From an uncultured delta proteobacterium (GTDB taxonomy: Bacteria > Desulfobacterota > Binatia > UBA9968), in contig CAWFJP010000011.1 of assembly GCA_963816145.1 (NCBI GenBank), forward strand, positions 128,001 through 192,000: DNA of 64,000 nucleotides, in the 5' to 3' direction. The notes beneath the pieces are model-generated. The model had not been told where the DNA came from, did not search any database, and saw only the letters and a list, made by a program, of their open reading frames with translations. A program made the position numbers and the translations under genes. Below, piece after piece: positions 8,824 through 18,170 of this stretch (position 1 is its first letter; the number at the start of each line of letters is the position of its first letter).

Positions 8824-10050
8824 ATGGTCCAACAGATTCCCAAAGGCTACTTCGCCAAGAACATCGACGCCGTCGGCTACCATGACTTAAACGGCAAGCC
8901 GGCTTTCAAGTTGGCGATGCAGGAGAAAAACCACCGCTGGTTTTTGTACGTCGCCCACCTCTGGCATCGCGGCTGGAGTGTCCTAGATGTCACCGATCCG
9001 GCGGCGCCGGAATACTGCGCTTACATTCCCGGGCCTGAGAATACCTGGACGATCCAAATCCAGGTCGCCGACGGTAAAATGATTACCGGCCTCGAACGCA
9101 TCGCCCCCGGCTGGGGCGGCGCCGACGGGCAACCATCCGCGGAAGGCTTCTTCATCTTCGATGTGAGCGAGCCGACCCAACCGAAGCAGATCGGCGACTT
9201 CAAAACCGGCAGCACCGGCACCCATCGCAACTTTTATGACGGCGGCAATATCGTCCATGCCGCCGCCGGTGCACCGGGGCTTAACGGGAAAATCTATCGC
9301 AGCATCGACATCAGCGATCCAACTAATCCGCGCGAGATTGGCCGCTTCTCTCTGCCGGAGCAGGAAGCCGGCGCGGCTACCAACGGATTAAAATTTTCGT
9401 TTCACGGGCCGGCGCATATCGAAGACGCGCGCGCCTATCTTTCCTACGGCGACGGCGGCGCCATCATTCTCGATGTCAGCGACCTTGCAAAGCCGAAGCT
9501 GGTGAGCCAGTTGGCCTTCCGCGGCATTACCGCGACCCAAGGGATTCACACCTACTTGCCGCTGCCGCGGCGCAAGATTGCGCTGGTCAATGACGAGGCG
9601 ATCCGCGAAAACGGTGATGAAAATCTGAATCTCGCCGGCATCGTCGACATCAGCGACGAGAAGCGGCCGCGCATGTTGTCGCTTTTTCCCCTGCCCGAAC
9701 CGCCGCCGGAAAGTGAATTAAAAAATTTTTATCAGAAAGGTGGCCGCTTTGGCCCACACAACCATCATCACCCCAACCACCAGACCTGCCTCGAAGACCG
9801 CGACGACGTGGCCTATCTCACCTACTTTAACGCCGGCTTGCGTGTCTACGACATCCGCGACCCACGCCAGCCCAAAGAGATCGGCTATTTCATCCCGGCC
9901 GATCCAACGGTTAGAATCGGGACGAAACCGAGTCGGCTAGTGGCCCAGTCCGAAGATGTCTTAGTCGATCGGCGCGGCTGCATCTACCTGAGCGACAAAA
10001 ATCACGGCATTCATATTTTGCGCCTTAAAAGCGTCTGGCCTTATAAGTAA
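8824..10050 (+). CDS. LVIVD-repeat beta-propeller protein
   Basis: Repeated 'xILDVSDPxxP' units; His motifs (THRN, HGP, IHT, PHNHHH); ATG directly after the nth stop. Confidence 0.8.
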   Translation: MVQQIPKGYFAKNIDAVGYHDLNGKPAFKLAMQEKNHRWFLYVAHLWHRGWSVLDVTDPAAPEYCAYIPGPENTWTIQIQVADGKMITGLERIAPGWGGADGQPSAEGFFIFDVSEPTQPKQIGDFKTGSTGTHRNFYDGGNIVHAAAGAPGLNGKIYRSIDISDPTNPREIGRFSLPEQEAGAATNGLKFSFHGPAHIEDARAYLSYGDGGAIILDVSDLAKPKLVSQLAFRGITATQGIHTYLPLPRRKIALVNDEAIRENGDENLNLAGIVDISDEKRPRMLSLFPLPEPPPESELKNFYQKGGRFGPHNHHHPNHQTCLEDRDDVAYLTYFNAGLRVYDIRDPRQPKEIGYFIPADPTVRIGTKPSRLVAQSEDVLVDRRGCIYLSDKNHGIHILRLKSVWPYK

Positions 10051-10223
10051 ACTCAGCAATGGTTAGCAACGTGGGGTTCGTTGCTACACCCCTGTTTAGT
10101 TCCGCAAAGGGATCTACATCCATACACGCATGACCCTAATTGGCTGCCTTATTTGAATCTCGATCCGGAAGAAACACGGTGGAATCTTCGTTCCACCCAA
10201 TCGAATTTACAATTTTACATACG

Positions 10224-12212
10224 TTATCCTCGCACCGACAAACCCGACCAACTCCGGTCGCGTATCGCAAGTGCAGGATCCGTCGCAATCGGCTTTTCGA
10301 TAAACAGGTGGTGAAGCGCCTGCATGCCTAATACTATCCCGGCAAGAGTATCGATTAAAATAAAAGCCCGCTTCGGTAGCCATTTCCAATACCACAGCAA
10401 ATGACGAATAAATTCCGGGCGGAACAGGCCGGTGGCGCGCAGCCGATCGGGCGCTAAAAACTCACGGAACAACCGCGCACCTTCGACCGTTTGCGTGAAG
10501 CTGAGCCAGTTGGGCGACAGAAAGGGATATTTATGCGTTTTAGCCATTGTTGGCTGCAACAGATCGGTGAAGGCGGTGCGCAACAAACGTTTTTCCATCA
10601 ATTGATCGATGTCCATGAAATAAGACGGATCAACGGTGGAGACGAATTCCATTAAATCCCGATCGAGGAAAGGCGTCCGGCATTCAACTGAATTAGCCAT
10701 TTCAACCCGGTCGCCAAGGCAGGGAATAATGTAACTGACCAGCTGGTTGAAAGTCATTAGTTTGGTGGCGTTGAAAGGATCCATTTGAGACAGTTGTTCC
10801 GGCGGAAATTCGGACAGGAAATAGTCGTAGGGAGTCCGATAGCTCGTCTGGTCGAGGATTTCAGGCGTGAAGATCCATTTCATGCCCCGGGTGCCGTCGA
10901 CCGCACGCATCTGCTGAAAACTTGGATAGCCAAAAATGAGTTGAAGCTTGCGCCAGTGGTTACTCCGGCTCCAGAGAATGCCTTCCGAAGGGGTCTCAAG
11001 CTTTTTGAACCGGTCCCAGAGGACGCGCCCCTGGCGGGCTTGCTCGCCTCCGGCCAGCAACATGCGCCAGATTCTTTCTAATTTGAAATAGGCATAGCCG
11101 CCGAAGACTTCGTCCGAACCCTCTCCGGTTAGGCAGACTTTATAGCCCTTGGAGCGTACCAACCGGGAAAGTACCTGCTTGGCGATGGAATTGGGATTGG
11201 CGATCGGCTGTTCAATGTGAAAGATCGTTTTGAGAAAATTCTCCGCCAAGACATCATTGCTGCAATCGATGGCCTCAAACTGGGCGCCGTAGTGAGCTGC
11301 GGTTTGCCGGGCGGCAACAGTTTCGTCGTAGATCGTCGTGCCGAAGCCAACACTGAAAGCCTTAAGTTTTGAGGTTGCCGCCGCCGTCAGGCCGCAAACC
11401 AACGTAGAGTCCAGCCCGCCACTCAGATAGGCGCCGACGGGAACGTCCGCGACCATCCGGCGTTCCACGGCCTGAGTGAACAACCGGCGAACCTCGTCCT
11501 TGGCCTCAGTAAAGGAAATGGCGGGATTTGTTTTGAAAGTCGGCTGCCAGTAGGGCACCTCGCGCGAGTGGCGCTCGGACTCAACGATAAGAAAATGCCC
11601 CGGGTTGAGATTGCGGATTCCTGCAAAAGCCGAGATCGCGCGCGGGAACACGCCCAGCATGGGGCCAATCATGTAATCTGGGTTGAAACTTCGGGGCACC
11701 CGATTGAGTGCAAAGATCCCTTTGACCTCAGAACTGATCAGGATTTCTTTTTCGGTTTCCCAATAAAAAAGCGGCTTAACGCCGCAGCGGTCGCGCGCCG
11801 CCAAAAGCCGGTGGTTGCGCCCATCCCACATGATAAACGCAAATTCTCCGTTTAGTTGGTGGATAAAATCCATGCCATGCTGCTCGTAGAGATGAACGAT
11901 GACTTCGGTGTCCGAATGGGTGCGGAAACAATGGCCCTGGTCAATCAGTTCCTTGCGCAGCCGTTTGTAATCGTAGATTTCACCATTGAAGGTGATGCAA
12001 ATGGAGCCGTCTTCGTTGTAGAGCGGCTGATCTCCCTCCTGGAGGTCGATGATGCTCAGACGAACATGGCCGAAGGCAACCGTCCCATGTTCGAGCAAGG
12101 CATAGCCCGCGCCATCCGGGCCGCGGTGGCTGATCGCCGAACACATCCGCGTGATGTCTTCGCGCTCGGCAGGACTGCGATCCTTTTTCAGGATCATGGA
12201 AATGCCACACAT
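10224..12212 (-). CDS. asnB: Asparagine synthase (glutamine-hydrolysing) family amidotransferase
   Basis: N-terminal MCGI, 'HRGPD', 'RLSIID', 'FNGEIY', 'LSGGLDS', 'TGEGSDEVFGGY'. Confidence 0.92.
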   Translation of the reverse strand: MCGISMILKKDRSPAEREDITRMCSAISHRGPDGAGYALLEHGTVAFGHVRLSIIDLQEGDQPLYNEDGSICITFNGEIYDYKRLRKELIDQGHCFRTHSDTEVIVHLYEQHGMDFIHQLNGEFAFIMWDGRNHRLLAARDRCGVKPLFYWETEKEILISSEVKGIFALNRVPRSFNPDYMIGPMLGVFPRAISAFAGIRNLNPGHFLIVESERHSREVPYWQPTFKTNPAISFTEAKDEVRRLFTQAVERRMVADVPVGAYLSGGLDSTLVCGLTAAATSKLKAFSVGFGTTIYDETVAARQTAAHYGAQFEAIDCSNDVLAENFLKTIFHIEQPIANPNSIAKQVLSRLVRSKGYKVCLTGEGSDEVFGGYAYFKLERIWRMLLAGGEQARQGRVLWDRFKKLETPSEGILWSRSNHWRKLQLIFGYPSFQQMRAVDGTRGMKWIFTPEILDQTSYRTPYDYFLSEFPPEQLSQMDPFNATKLMTFNQLVSYIIPCLGDRVEMANSVECRTPFLDRDLMEFVSTVDPSYFMDIDQLMEKRLLRTAFTDLLQPTMAKTHKYPFLSPNWLSFTQTVEGARLFREFLAPDRLRATGLFRPEFIRHLLWYWKWLPKRAFILIDTLAGIVLGMQALHHLFIEKPIATDPALAIRDRSWSGLSVRG

Positions 12213-12413
12213 GAGGTACGCCGTTGCTTTTCCGTTAACGCCAATGAATCAAAACACGCTTCTCTACCCATTTGACTCGGAGTCGACAGCCATCACTCAC
12301 CAAATCTACCACCATATGTTATAAAGACCCAACAGTGCTCCAGTTCAATATGAAATCATATCATTTTGGTAGGGCAGCGCGGCCGATCCATCACGCCGGA
12401 TAAGAGGCGAACA

Positions 12414-13196
12414 ATGGCCGAGACTATTTTTCTGATTCATGGAATGTGGGGCGGGCCGTGGTATTGGGAGAACTACAAACATGTCTTCGAGCAGCAAGGT
12501 TATAAATGTGTTGCAGCAACTCTGCCCTTCCACGACATGGCTCCCGATGATGTTCCCGATCCTCGCCTGGGCATAAGCAGTCTCCTTGACTATGCCGCTG
12601 CCATGGAACAGGAAATCAGACGCATGGGTTTGCAGCCCATCATAGTCGGCCACTCGCTTGGCGGACTGCTGGCGCAAATTCTCGGCAGCCGCGGCCTGGC
12701 TAAAGCTATTGTCCTGCTATCCCCAGCATCGCCAGCTGGAATCCTGGGCTTGCGGATTTCGGTCATGAAGGCTTTCTGGAGTGCGCATATTAAATGGGGC
12801 TTTTGGAAAAAGCCGATGCGCCAGACATTCGCCGAGGCGGCTTACTCGATGTTGCACCTCTGTCCGGCAAAAGATCAGAAAGAATTCTACGACAGATTTG
12901 TTTACGAATCCGGGCGGGTGGCATGCGAAACCGGATACTGGCTCTTTGACCCGCACGGCGCGTCTAGGGTCGACGAGTCAAAAGTGACTTGCCCGATGCT
13001 GGTCATTGCCGGCACGGAGGACAGGATGACGCCTGCATCTGTGGTCCGGCATGTGGCGAAAAAATATCAGGCGGTCGCCACCTATCGGCAGTTCGATAAT
13101 CACGCCCATTGGGTTGTCGCAGAGCCGGGTTGGCAGGAGATCGCAGAATTTGTCTCGACCTGGATGAAACAAATCAACCCAGCGGAAAGCCATTGA
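12414..13196 (+). CDS. Alpha/beta hydrolase
   Basis: 'LIHGMW', nucleophile elbow GHSLGG, 'GTEDRMT', 'HAHW'. Confidence 0.9.
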   Translation: MAETIFLIHGMWGGPWYWENYKHVFEQQGYKCVAATLPFHDMAPDDVPDPRLGISSLLDYAAAMEQEIRRMGLQPIIVGHSLGGLLAQILGSRGLAKAIVLLSPASPAGILGLRISVMKAFWSAHIKWGFWKKPMRQTFAEAAYSMLHLCPAKDQKEFYDRFVYESGRVACETGYWLFDPHGASRVDESKVTCPMLVIAGTEDRMTPASVVRHVAKKYQAVATYRQFDNHAHWVVAEPGWQEIAEFVSTWMKQINPAESH

Positions 13197-13312
13197 ATGA
13201 ATCGGCACGAGCGCTCGACCAGCGGCCGATTTGAGATATTCGGGGGATCAGGAATGCGCTCGGCACTTTGCCGAGCGAGCGCGATCGTGCGAGAGCAAAC
13301 TAGCTTACCCAT

Positions 13313-13340
13313 AAAAAAGCGCGGCCTGCGGGCCGCGCTT
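13313..13340 (-). terminator. Rho-independent terminator of the ligB-ligA-SDR operon
   Basis: AAGCGCGGCC-cgca-GGCCGCGCTT followed by a T-run on the minus strand, ~30 nt after the stop at 13372. Confidence 0.75.
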
Positions 13341-13371
13341 GAATGAAAGTTTTCAGGCGGGCTTTGAGCGT

Positions 13372-13695
13372 CTACGGTTTCATCGATTCGGGGAAGTATT
13401 TTGACGGCGCCCAAACATTGACCGTGAAATTGCAGCAACCCAAGACGCGCAGCTCGCGCATGATCCGGATATAATCGGCCGAATCGATAAAGTCGCGCCA
13501 GCTATCCAGCGTGTCAAAATCGATGGTGATCGCCACGTGGGGCGTCACTTCCAACGGGTTGCGATAGTTGCGCACTTCGATCACGCCTTTATGGCCCAGC
13601 GTGATCGGCAACCAATCGTTCTTCGCCTTGTTGGCGTAAATTGTTAAGTTAGCTTTCTGGTCGGGTAGATCCCATTGAATCACGAAGTGTACCAT
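13372..13695 (-). CDS. Small hypothetical protein, probable dimeric alpha/beta barrel (EthD/DUF1330-like)
   Basis: RBS GAGG; 'IDFDTLDSWRDFIDSADY' pattern; follows the SDR gene closely. Confidence 0.65.
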   Translation of the reverse strand: MVHFVIQWDLPDQKANLTIYANKAKNDWLPITLGHKGVIEVRNYRNPLEVTPHVAITIDFDTLDSWRDFIDSADYIRIMRELRVLGCCNFTVNVWAPSKYFPESMKP

Positions 13696-13707
13696 GGTCG
13701 TTTCCTC

Positions 13708-14499
13708 TTATTGAGTCGCCCGAACTAAGCCGCCATCGATGGCGATCGTCGTGCCGGTAATATAACTCGCTCGATCTGAGCCAAGAAAAACGATCAAGTC
13801 GCCGGCTTCCTCGGCCGTCCCATAGCGTCCCAACGGCACCTCCGCCGCCATCTCCTTGTTGATTTCTTCCACCGGACGGCCCAGGCGATCGGCGCGGGCT
13901 TTGTTCAATTTCTGCGCGCGATCGGTATCGATGCGGCCAGGGCAAACGTTATTGAATAGAATATTGTCGCGGGCCAGCTCCCGTGACAGGGTCTTGGCCC
14001 AGCCGATCACCGCGCTGCGCACCGCATTGGACAGCACCAACCCGGCGATCGGTTCTTTGACCGAGTATGAAGTGATGTTGATCACTTTGCCGCCGCCGAC
14101 TTTGCGCAGATGCGGCACCGCCTCGCGGGTCATGCGCATGGTGCTCATAAAACTTAGGTTGAAAGCGTTCTGCCAGTCCTCATCGGTAAACTTCATGAAC
14201 TCGCCGGGAGGCGGGCCGCCGGCATTGTTCACCAAGACATCGACCCGGCCAAAATGTTTCGCGGTGTCGTCGACGAATTTCTTGATATCCTCCGCCTTGC
14301 TCATGTCCGCGACGATTGCCAACACCTCGCCGCCGGTTTGCTTGCGAATTTGCTCCGCGGTTTCTTTCAAGGCAGCTTCGCCGCGGGCGCAGATCGCCAC
14401 CTTGGCGCCTTCGCCTGCGAATCCCAGCGCCGCGGCCTTGCCCATGCCCTGACTAGCGCCGGCGACCAACGCCACTTTCCCTTTGAGTCCGAGATCCAT
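13708..14499 (-). CDS. Short-chain dehydrogenase/reductase
   Basis: 'GASQGMG', 'LVNNAGGP', 'PGRIDT', 'DGG'; canonical YxxxK replaced by SNAVR. Confidence 0.92.
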   Translation of the reverse strand: MDLGLKGKVALVAGASQGMGKAAALGFAGEGAKVAICARGEAALKETAEQIRKQTGGEVLAIVADMSKAEDIKKFVDDTAKHFGRVDVLVNNAGGPPPGEFMKFTDEDWQNAFNLSFMSTMRMTREAVPHLRKVGGGKVINITSYSVKEPIAGLVLSNAVRSAVIGWAKTLSRELARDNILFNNVCPGRIDTDRAQKLNKARADRLGRPVEEINKEMAAEVPLGRYGTAEEAGDLIVFLGSDRASYITGTTIAIDGGLVRATQ

Positions 14500-14598
14500 G
14501 TGTGCTTTTCCCCCTGGTAGTTTTGAATGTGCCGGATACTAACAAACCCGCTTTCATGGGTCAAAATCACTTAAAGCCGAGTGATAAAACAATCACCA

Positions 14599-14844
14599 TC
14601 ACTTTTGCGCCCAGTAAATATTATCGCGAAACTGCGGACTGAGCCGCTTAATATAAAGACAGAGCATGCCATGCACGCCCAGCTGGCGCAGCTTGCGCGG
14701 ATCGCCCGAGCGTAGCGCGTCTTTCTCTTCGCTCGACAAATCGTATTGACCCAGCACCGATTCGAAGTCTTGCAGTGACTTTTGATAGGTCGTTTCATTC
14801 ATCTTCAAATCGAACAACAGCCGACTCAGATCATAGCAGCTCAT
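14599..14844 (-). CDS. LigA-like small subunit of an extradiol ring-cleavage dioxygenase
   Basis: 'YDLSRLLFDL', 'YDLSSEEKDAL..GD...L..LGVH'; adjacent to a LigB-like gene. Confidence 0.8.
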   Translation of the reverse strand: MSCYDLSRLLFDLKMNETTYQKSLQDFESVLGQYDLSSEEKDALRSGDPRKLRQLGVHGMLCLYIKRLSPQFRDNIYWAQK

Positions 14845-14915
14845 GTTTGTCTCCAACTAGCGGCGCGATTGACGTTGTGCTTTTCCAACCCGAGGGTGTA
14901 ACCCGAAACCCGAAA

Positions 14916-15782
14916 CTAACTCAATTTCCAGCTGACAAATCCCCAGCCTGTGGCAACAAAGTCCGGCATGTAAGCGGTAAAACTCGCTTTGGCATCGCCG
15001 ACTGCGCCAAGCACCACCATCCAGTTGAGAAATTCCGTATCGCCGGCGTGCAAGAGTTCTTGAACTGAATATTCAACCAAGCTGCGCCCTTCGCCCTTGC
15101 GCATCACTTCAAGCAGCTTGTGATCGAAACTCTCGTCGATCTCGCCGATGCGCGGCGAGCCGGGGAAATGCGACAACCCGCCGGTGGCAAGGATCGCCAC
15201 TCGCTCTTTCGCGTTATTCGCCACTTCGCGGATCAGTTCACCCACTTGAAAGCAGCGCCGCGGCGAAGGCGCCGGATCGACCCAGGTGTTCACATAGATG
15301 GGCAAGATCGGCATCGTCGGCTGCGGCAGCAGAAAATACAGCGGCACCGTCTGCGTATGTTGCAACTCGACATGCTCGCCGTAAGAAAAGTCGATGCCCT
15401 TTTCCATGCCGGCGCGGAGGATCGCTTTGCCGAGTTCCTTGTGATTCTGATAATCGAACCTATGCCGGGTGAATTGCCCCTGCACTCGATCGGCGATGGT
15501 GACAAAAAACGTCGGAATATTGTTCCAGAAAAAATTAACGAACTGATCGTTGGCGACAACGATCAGTACGTCCGGCTTGGCCCGCTCTAGATCGGCGCGC
15601 AGCGTTGAGAACGCGACTTCCGCGTCATGCCGCAGCTTCTGCTGTTGCTCCAGAGTCGGACGGTTGGCCGAACCCTGCGGCGCCATGCTGTAGTGCAAAT
15701 CCATAAAATCTTCCCACTCTCGTCCGGGTTCGAGAAGAATATTCGGCGCATGGCTCGCCGCTAAGGCGGAAACTAGTGGCAT
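14916..15782 (-). CDS. LigB/MhpB-like class III extradiol dioxygenase
   Basis: 'SHAP', 'PDVLIVVANDQFVNFF', 'ATGGLSHFP', 'IDESFD'. Confidence 0.88.
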   Translation of the reverse strand: MPLVSALAASHAPNILLEPGREWEDFMDLHYSMAPQGSANRPTLEQQQKLRHDAEVAFSTLRADLERAKPDVLIVVANDQFVNFFWNNIPTFFVTIADRVQGQFTRHRFDYQNHKELGKAILRAGMEKGIDFSYGEHVELQHTQTVPLYFLLPQPTMPILPIYVNTWVDPAPSPRRCFQVGELIREVANNAKERVAILATGGLSHFPGSPRIGEIDESFDHKLLEVMRKGEGRSLVEYSVQELLHAGDTEFLNWMVVLGAVGDAKASFTAYMPDFVATGWGFVSWKLS

Positions 15783-15960
15783 AGCTCAAACTCCTTCGCA
15801 AAGTGAGCGAAATCCTATGCCCCGACCTGGGAAAATGCAAGATGAAACGGCGGGAACAAAAGAAGAGTGACGGAAGATAACAGCAACTTGAACAGCGAAG
15901 AACCGAGGTAAGCCGATGCTAGACAGACCAGTGATCTGTCCGTTCGCGGCGCTGGCCGAT

Positions 15961-16107
15961 CTAAAGCATGCGATAGTTACGCACTGAAACCCAGATCGCC
16001 ACAAAGACAACGACGAGTGACACAATCGGGTGATTCAACACCCACACTAGCGCCGGTTCGAAAGCATGCCGGGTAACCCACTCAAAAGACCGTGAAAGTT
16101 GTTCCAT
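15961..16107 (-). CDS. 48-aa single-pass membrane microprotein (not in ORF track)
   Basis: RBS GAGGTGAGG; MEQLSRSFEWVTRHAFEPALVWVLNHPIVSLVVVFVAIWVSVRNYRML*; hydrophobic stretch followed by a basic tail. Confidence 0.6.
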   Translation of the reverse strand: MEQLSRSFEWVTRHAFEPALVWVLNHPIVSLVVVFVAIWVSVRNYRML

Positions 16108-16532
16108 GCCGCACCCTCACCTCAATTATTTTTTACTATTCTATTACAACCGCTGCCTGCCGGGAACTACAATTCTGCTCCCATCAATTAAATTAAATGG
16201 CCGCCCGGGTTGCTCGGCTATCATTGCACAGCCATTTTTATTGAAACATGCACCGCGCGAATCGCCTCGCCGTCAGCCAAACTAACCAGCCACCTGGACG
16301 TCATTGACAAGACAGAACCATTGTCGACCCACAGTCTGTCCGAGCGTTGAGGTAATTTAGGTCAGTTTTAGATCATTTACGCAAGATATAAGTAGACTTC
16401 TGTACATTCCTGGACGAGGCTGAACAATTCTGCAAGCTTCGACCTCGGATTTCACCATCCACTCGATTACCCAAGCTCTCGTAACTACCTAAATTTACGC
16501 AGAATTCACCCACCCGAAGATATTTCGAGAGT

Positions 16533-16549
16533 CTGGCACCGCGGTTGCT
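16533..16549 (+). promoter_or_regulatory. Sigma54 (-24/-12) promoter
   Basis: CTGGCACCGCGGTTGCT matches YTGGCAC-N5-TTGCW with exact GG-N10-GC spacing, ~40 nt before an AAGGAG-preceded ATG. Confidence 0.8.
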
Positions 16550-16587
16550 CTATCGTCGGTACATCAACGCAAATAAAGGAGCATCCG

Positions 16588-16737
16588 ATGAAACTATTAC
16601 TCGCCACCATGTTCAAGAAAGTTCCCGTGCGCAAGACCAAACAGCGCGCGACGATCTGCAAACAATGCGGCACGAGAATCTACTCGTTGAGTTTTCTCAA
16701 AGCCCATCTCGAGTCCCATAATCGGAAATCGCACTAA
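16588..16737 (+). CDS. 49-aa protein with a single classical C2H2 zinc finger (not in ORF track)
   Basis: RBS AAGGAG; MKLLLATMFKKVPVRKTKQRATICKQCGTRIYSLSFLKAHLESHNRKSH*; C-x2-C-x12-H-x3-H. Confidence 0.72.
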   Translation: MKLLLATMFKKVPVRKTKQRATICKQCGTRIYSLSFLKAHLESHNRKSH

Positions 16738-16762
16738 TCCATAATTGCAAGGAGATAGGAAA

Positions 16763-16969
16763 ATGGAAGTCCCGGTGATCCCGTGGAAAGTCTTTCTCGA
16801 CGCCCTTCAGCATCAGCAAGCGAGTACCTTGGAGCCTTGGTTGCGCCGCTGGTGGTTCACCAACGAAGGCGTGATTATGGAAAGCTCGGCTTGGCAAGAC
16901 ATGGTTGGTCGAATCGACAATAGCGCAGCAGACCATGAAGCTGTTCAAGCGCAATTCGAGCAGCGATAG
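16763..16969 (+). CDS. 68-aa Trp-rich hypothetical protein
   Basis: RBS GGAG/AGGA; MEVPVIPWKVFLDAL...PWLRRWWF; follows the C2H2 ORF by 25 nt. Confidence 0.55.
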   Translation: MEVPVIPWKVFLDALQHQQASTLEPWLRRWWFTNEGVIMESSAWQDMVGRIDNSAADHEAVQAQFEQR

Positions 16970-17171
16970 TCAGCGGCCGGTCACGGCGCGCTGCAATCAT
17001 CCGCTCGCGGTGATCGTCGATCCGACCGAGCGGGAGGTGAAGGAACTCGAAACCATGCTCGCCCACTGTCCCAATTGCAGTCAATGGCATCCCGGCGACG
17101 GTCCGATCATGGCGGTACTCAACAGCACTGAAGATTCGAGTCAGAATAATTCCAACAACCATTCGCTGTGA
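16935..17171 (+). CDS. Small hypothetical protein with CxH and CxxC motifs
   Basis: MKLFKRN...RCNHP...HCPNCSQWH; overlaps the previous ORF by 35 nt, start uncertain. Confidence 0.5.
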   Translation: MKLFKRNSSSDSQRPVTARCNHPLAVIVDPTEREVKELETMLAHCPNCSQWHPGDGPIMAVLNSTEDSSQNNSNNHSL

Positions 17172-17210
17172 CACATCGAGAAAAATCACCGACACCAGGA
17201 AAGCGCAACC

Positions 17211-17477
17211 ATGGAAGCCCTAAAGATCATTCTCCCGAGCGCCGAACGCAAACCCTGCGTGTGCGGCGCCACGCTTTATCGCACAAACGTAACGAGGCCT
17301 CAGAGCGAACCGATCTGGCTCTGCTCGCGCCACTGCGGCGCCCGCGGCCACACCTACGAAGGCGCGCTGCGGCGCAAAATTAGACTGGATCTGTTGAGCT
17401 GGGGCGATCTGCGGCGCAACGCGCAGAAGTTGATTGCCGCCGACACGGAAATCGAAGATGAGTTTGTTTTGCAATAG
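17211..17477 (+). CDS. 88-aa zinc-ribbon-like hypothetical protein
   Basis: AGGA upstream; CVCG...WLCSRHCG. Confidence 0.6.
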   Translation: MEALKIILPSAERKPCVCGATLYRTNVTRPQSEPIWLCSRHCGARGHTYEGALRRKIRLDLLSWGDLRRNAQKLIAADTEIEDEFVLQ

Positions 17478-18170
17478 CAATGGCGCTTATTTCCACCTCT
17501 GTTTTAATCCGGATAAAGTGCGGTCATGCCGCTGTATGGAGTTGCAATAGCTCAACTGACGATAAACTTGTTCGCTTCAGTCTCCCTGGTGTAGCGCGAC
17601 AGTGATCGCAGTCTTCCACCCCTGGCCATTTTAACAACAAGAGATAGTCAAGACATAAATGGCCTGAGCGCAGTTCCACTACCTGGAATACCCCGCGTCC
17701 GAAATGCATTCGTCGAGCTAGTCCATCTAGTCAACAACGTGCCGTCCATCCAATGTAAACACGCGATGTGGATAGGCGACGACCCCTTGAATGCCATCCG
17801 AAGATCACCCTGTTTCAGCCGTTGTCCCGGGGGCAAGTCCGACACTTTTCAAACCATCCACCGTTTTCTGTGTGACGCGCTTATCGTTCCCGAGGAACGC
17901 ATGGACCTCGTGCCGGTCATTTGTTGTTTGCCTTTGGGTGACAACCATTCGAGCAAATGTGGAGGCTTTGCACACGATCTTCGCGTTTCTGTTGATCAAG
18001 GTAAATCTAGCCGTTAACTGTTCCGGTGATTCTGGCTTGTTCGTTACCGCATCTGCCATTGAATGCCGTTAATTTAAGCTTTGTAGTTTTGTCTCGCACG
18101 CAGCTATAATGCGTCGACTAAAATAGTGAAAGGTTGGCACCTAGAAGATCGAAAAGTGTGAGGCAAAACT

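Noticed and set aside
16198-16214. Second sigma54 promoter TGGCCGCCCGGGTTGCT
   Set aside because: GG-to-GC spacing is 11, not the required 10.
17524-18072. Overlapping short ORFs on both strands
   Set aside because: No recognisable motif or convincing RBS/start; possibly a decayed gene, but strand and frame cannot be assigned.
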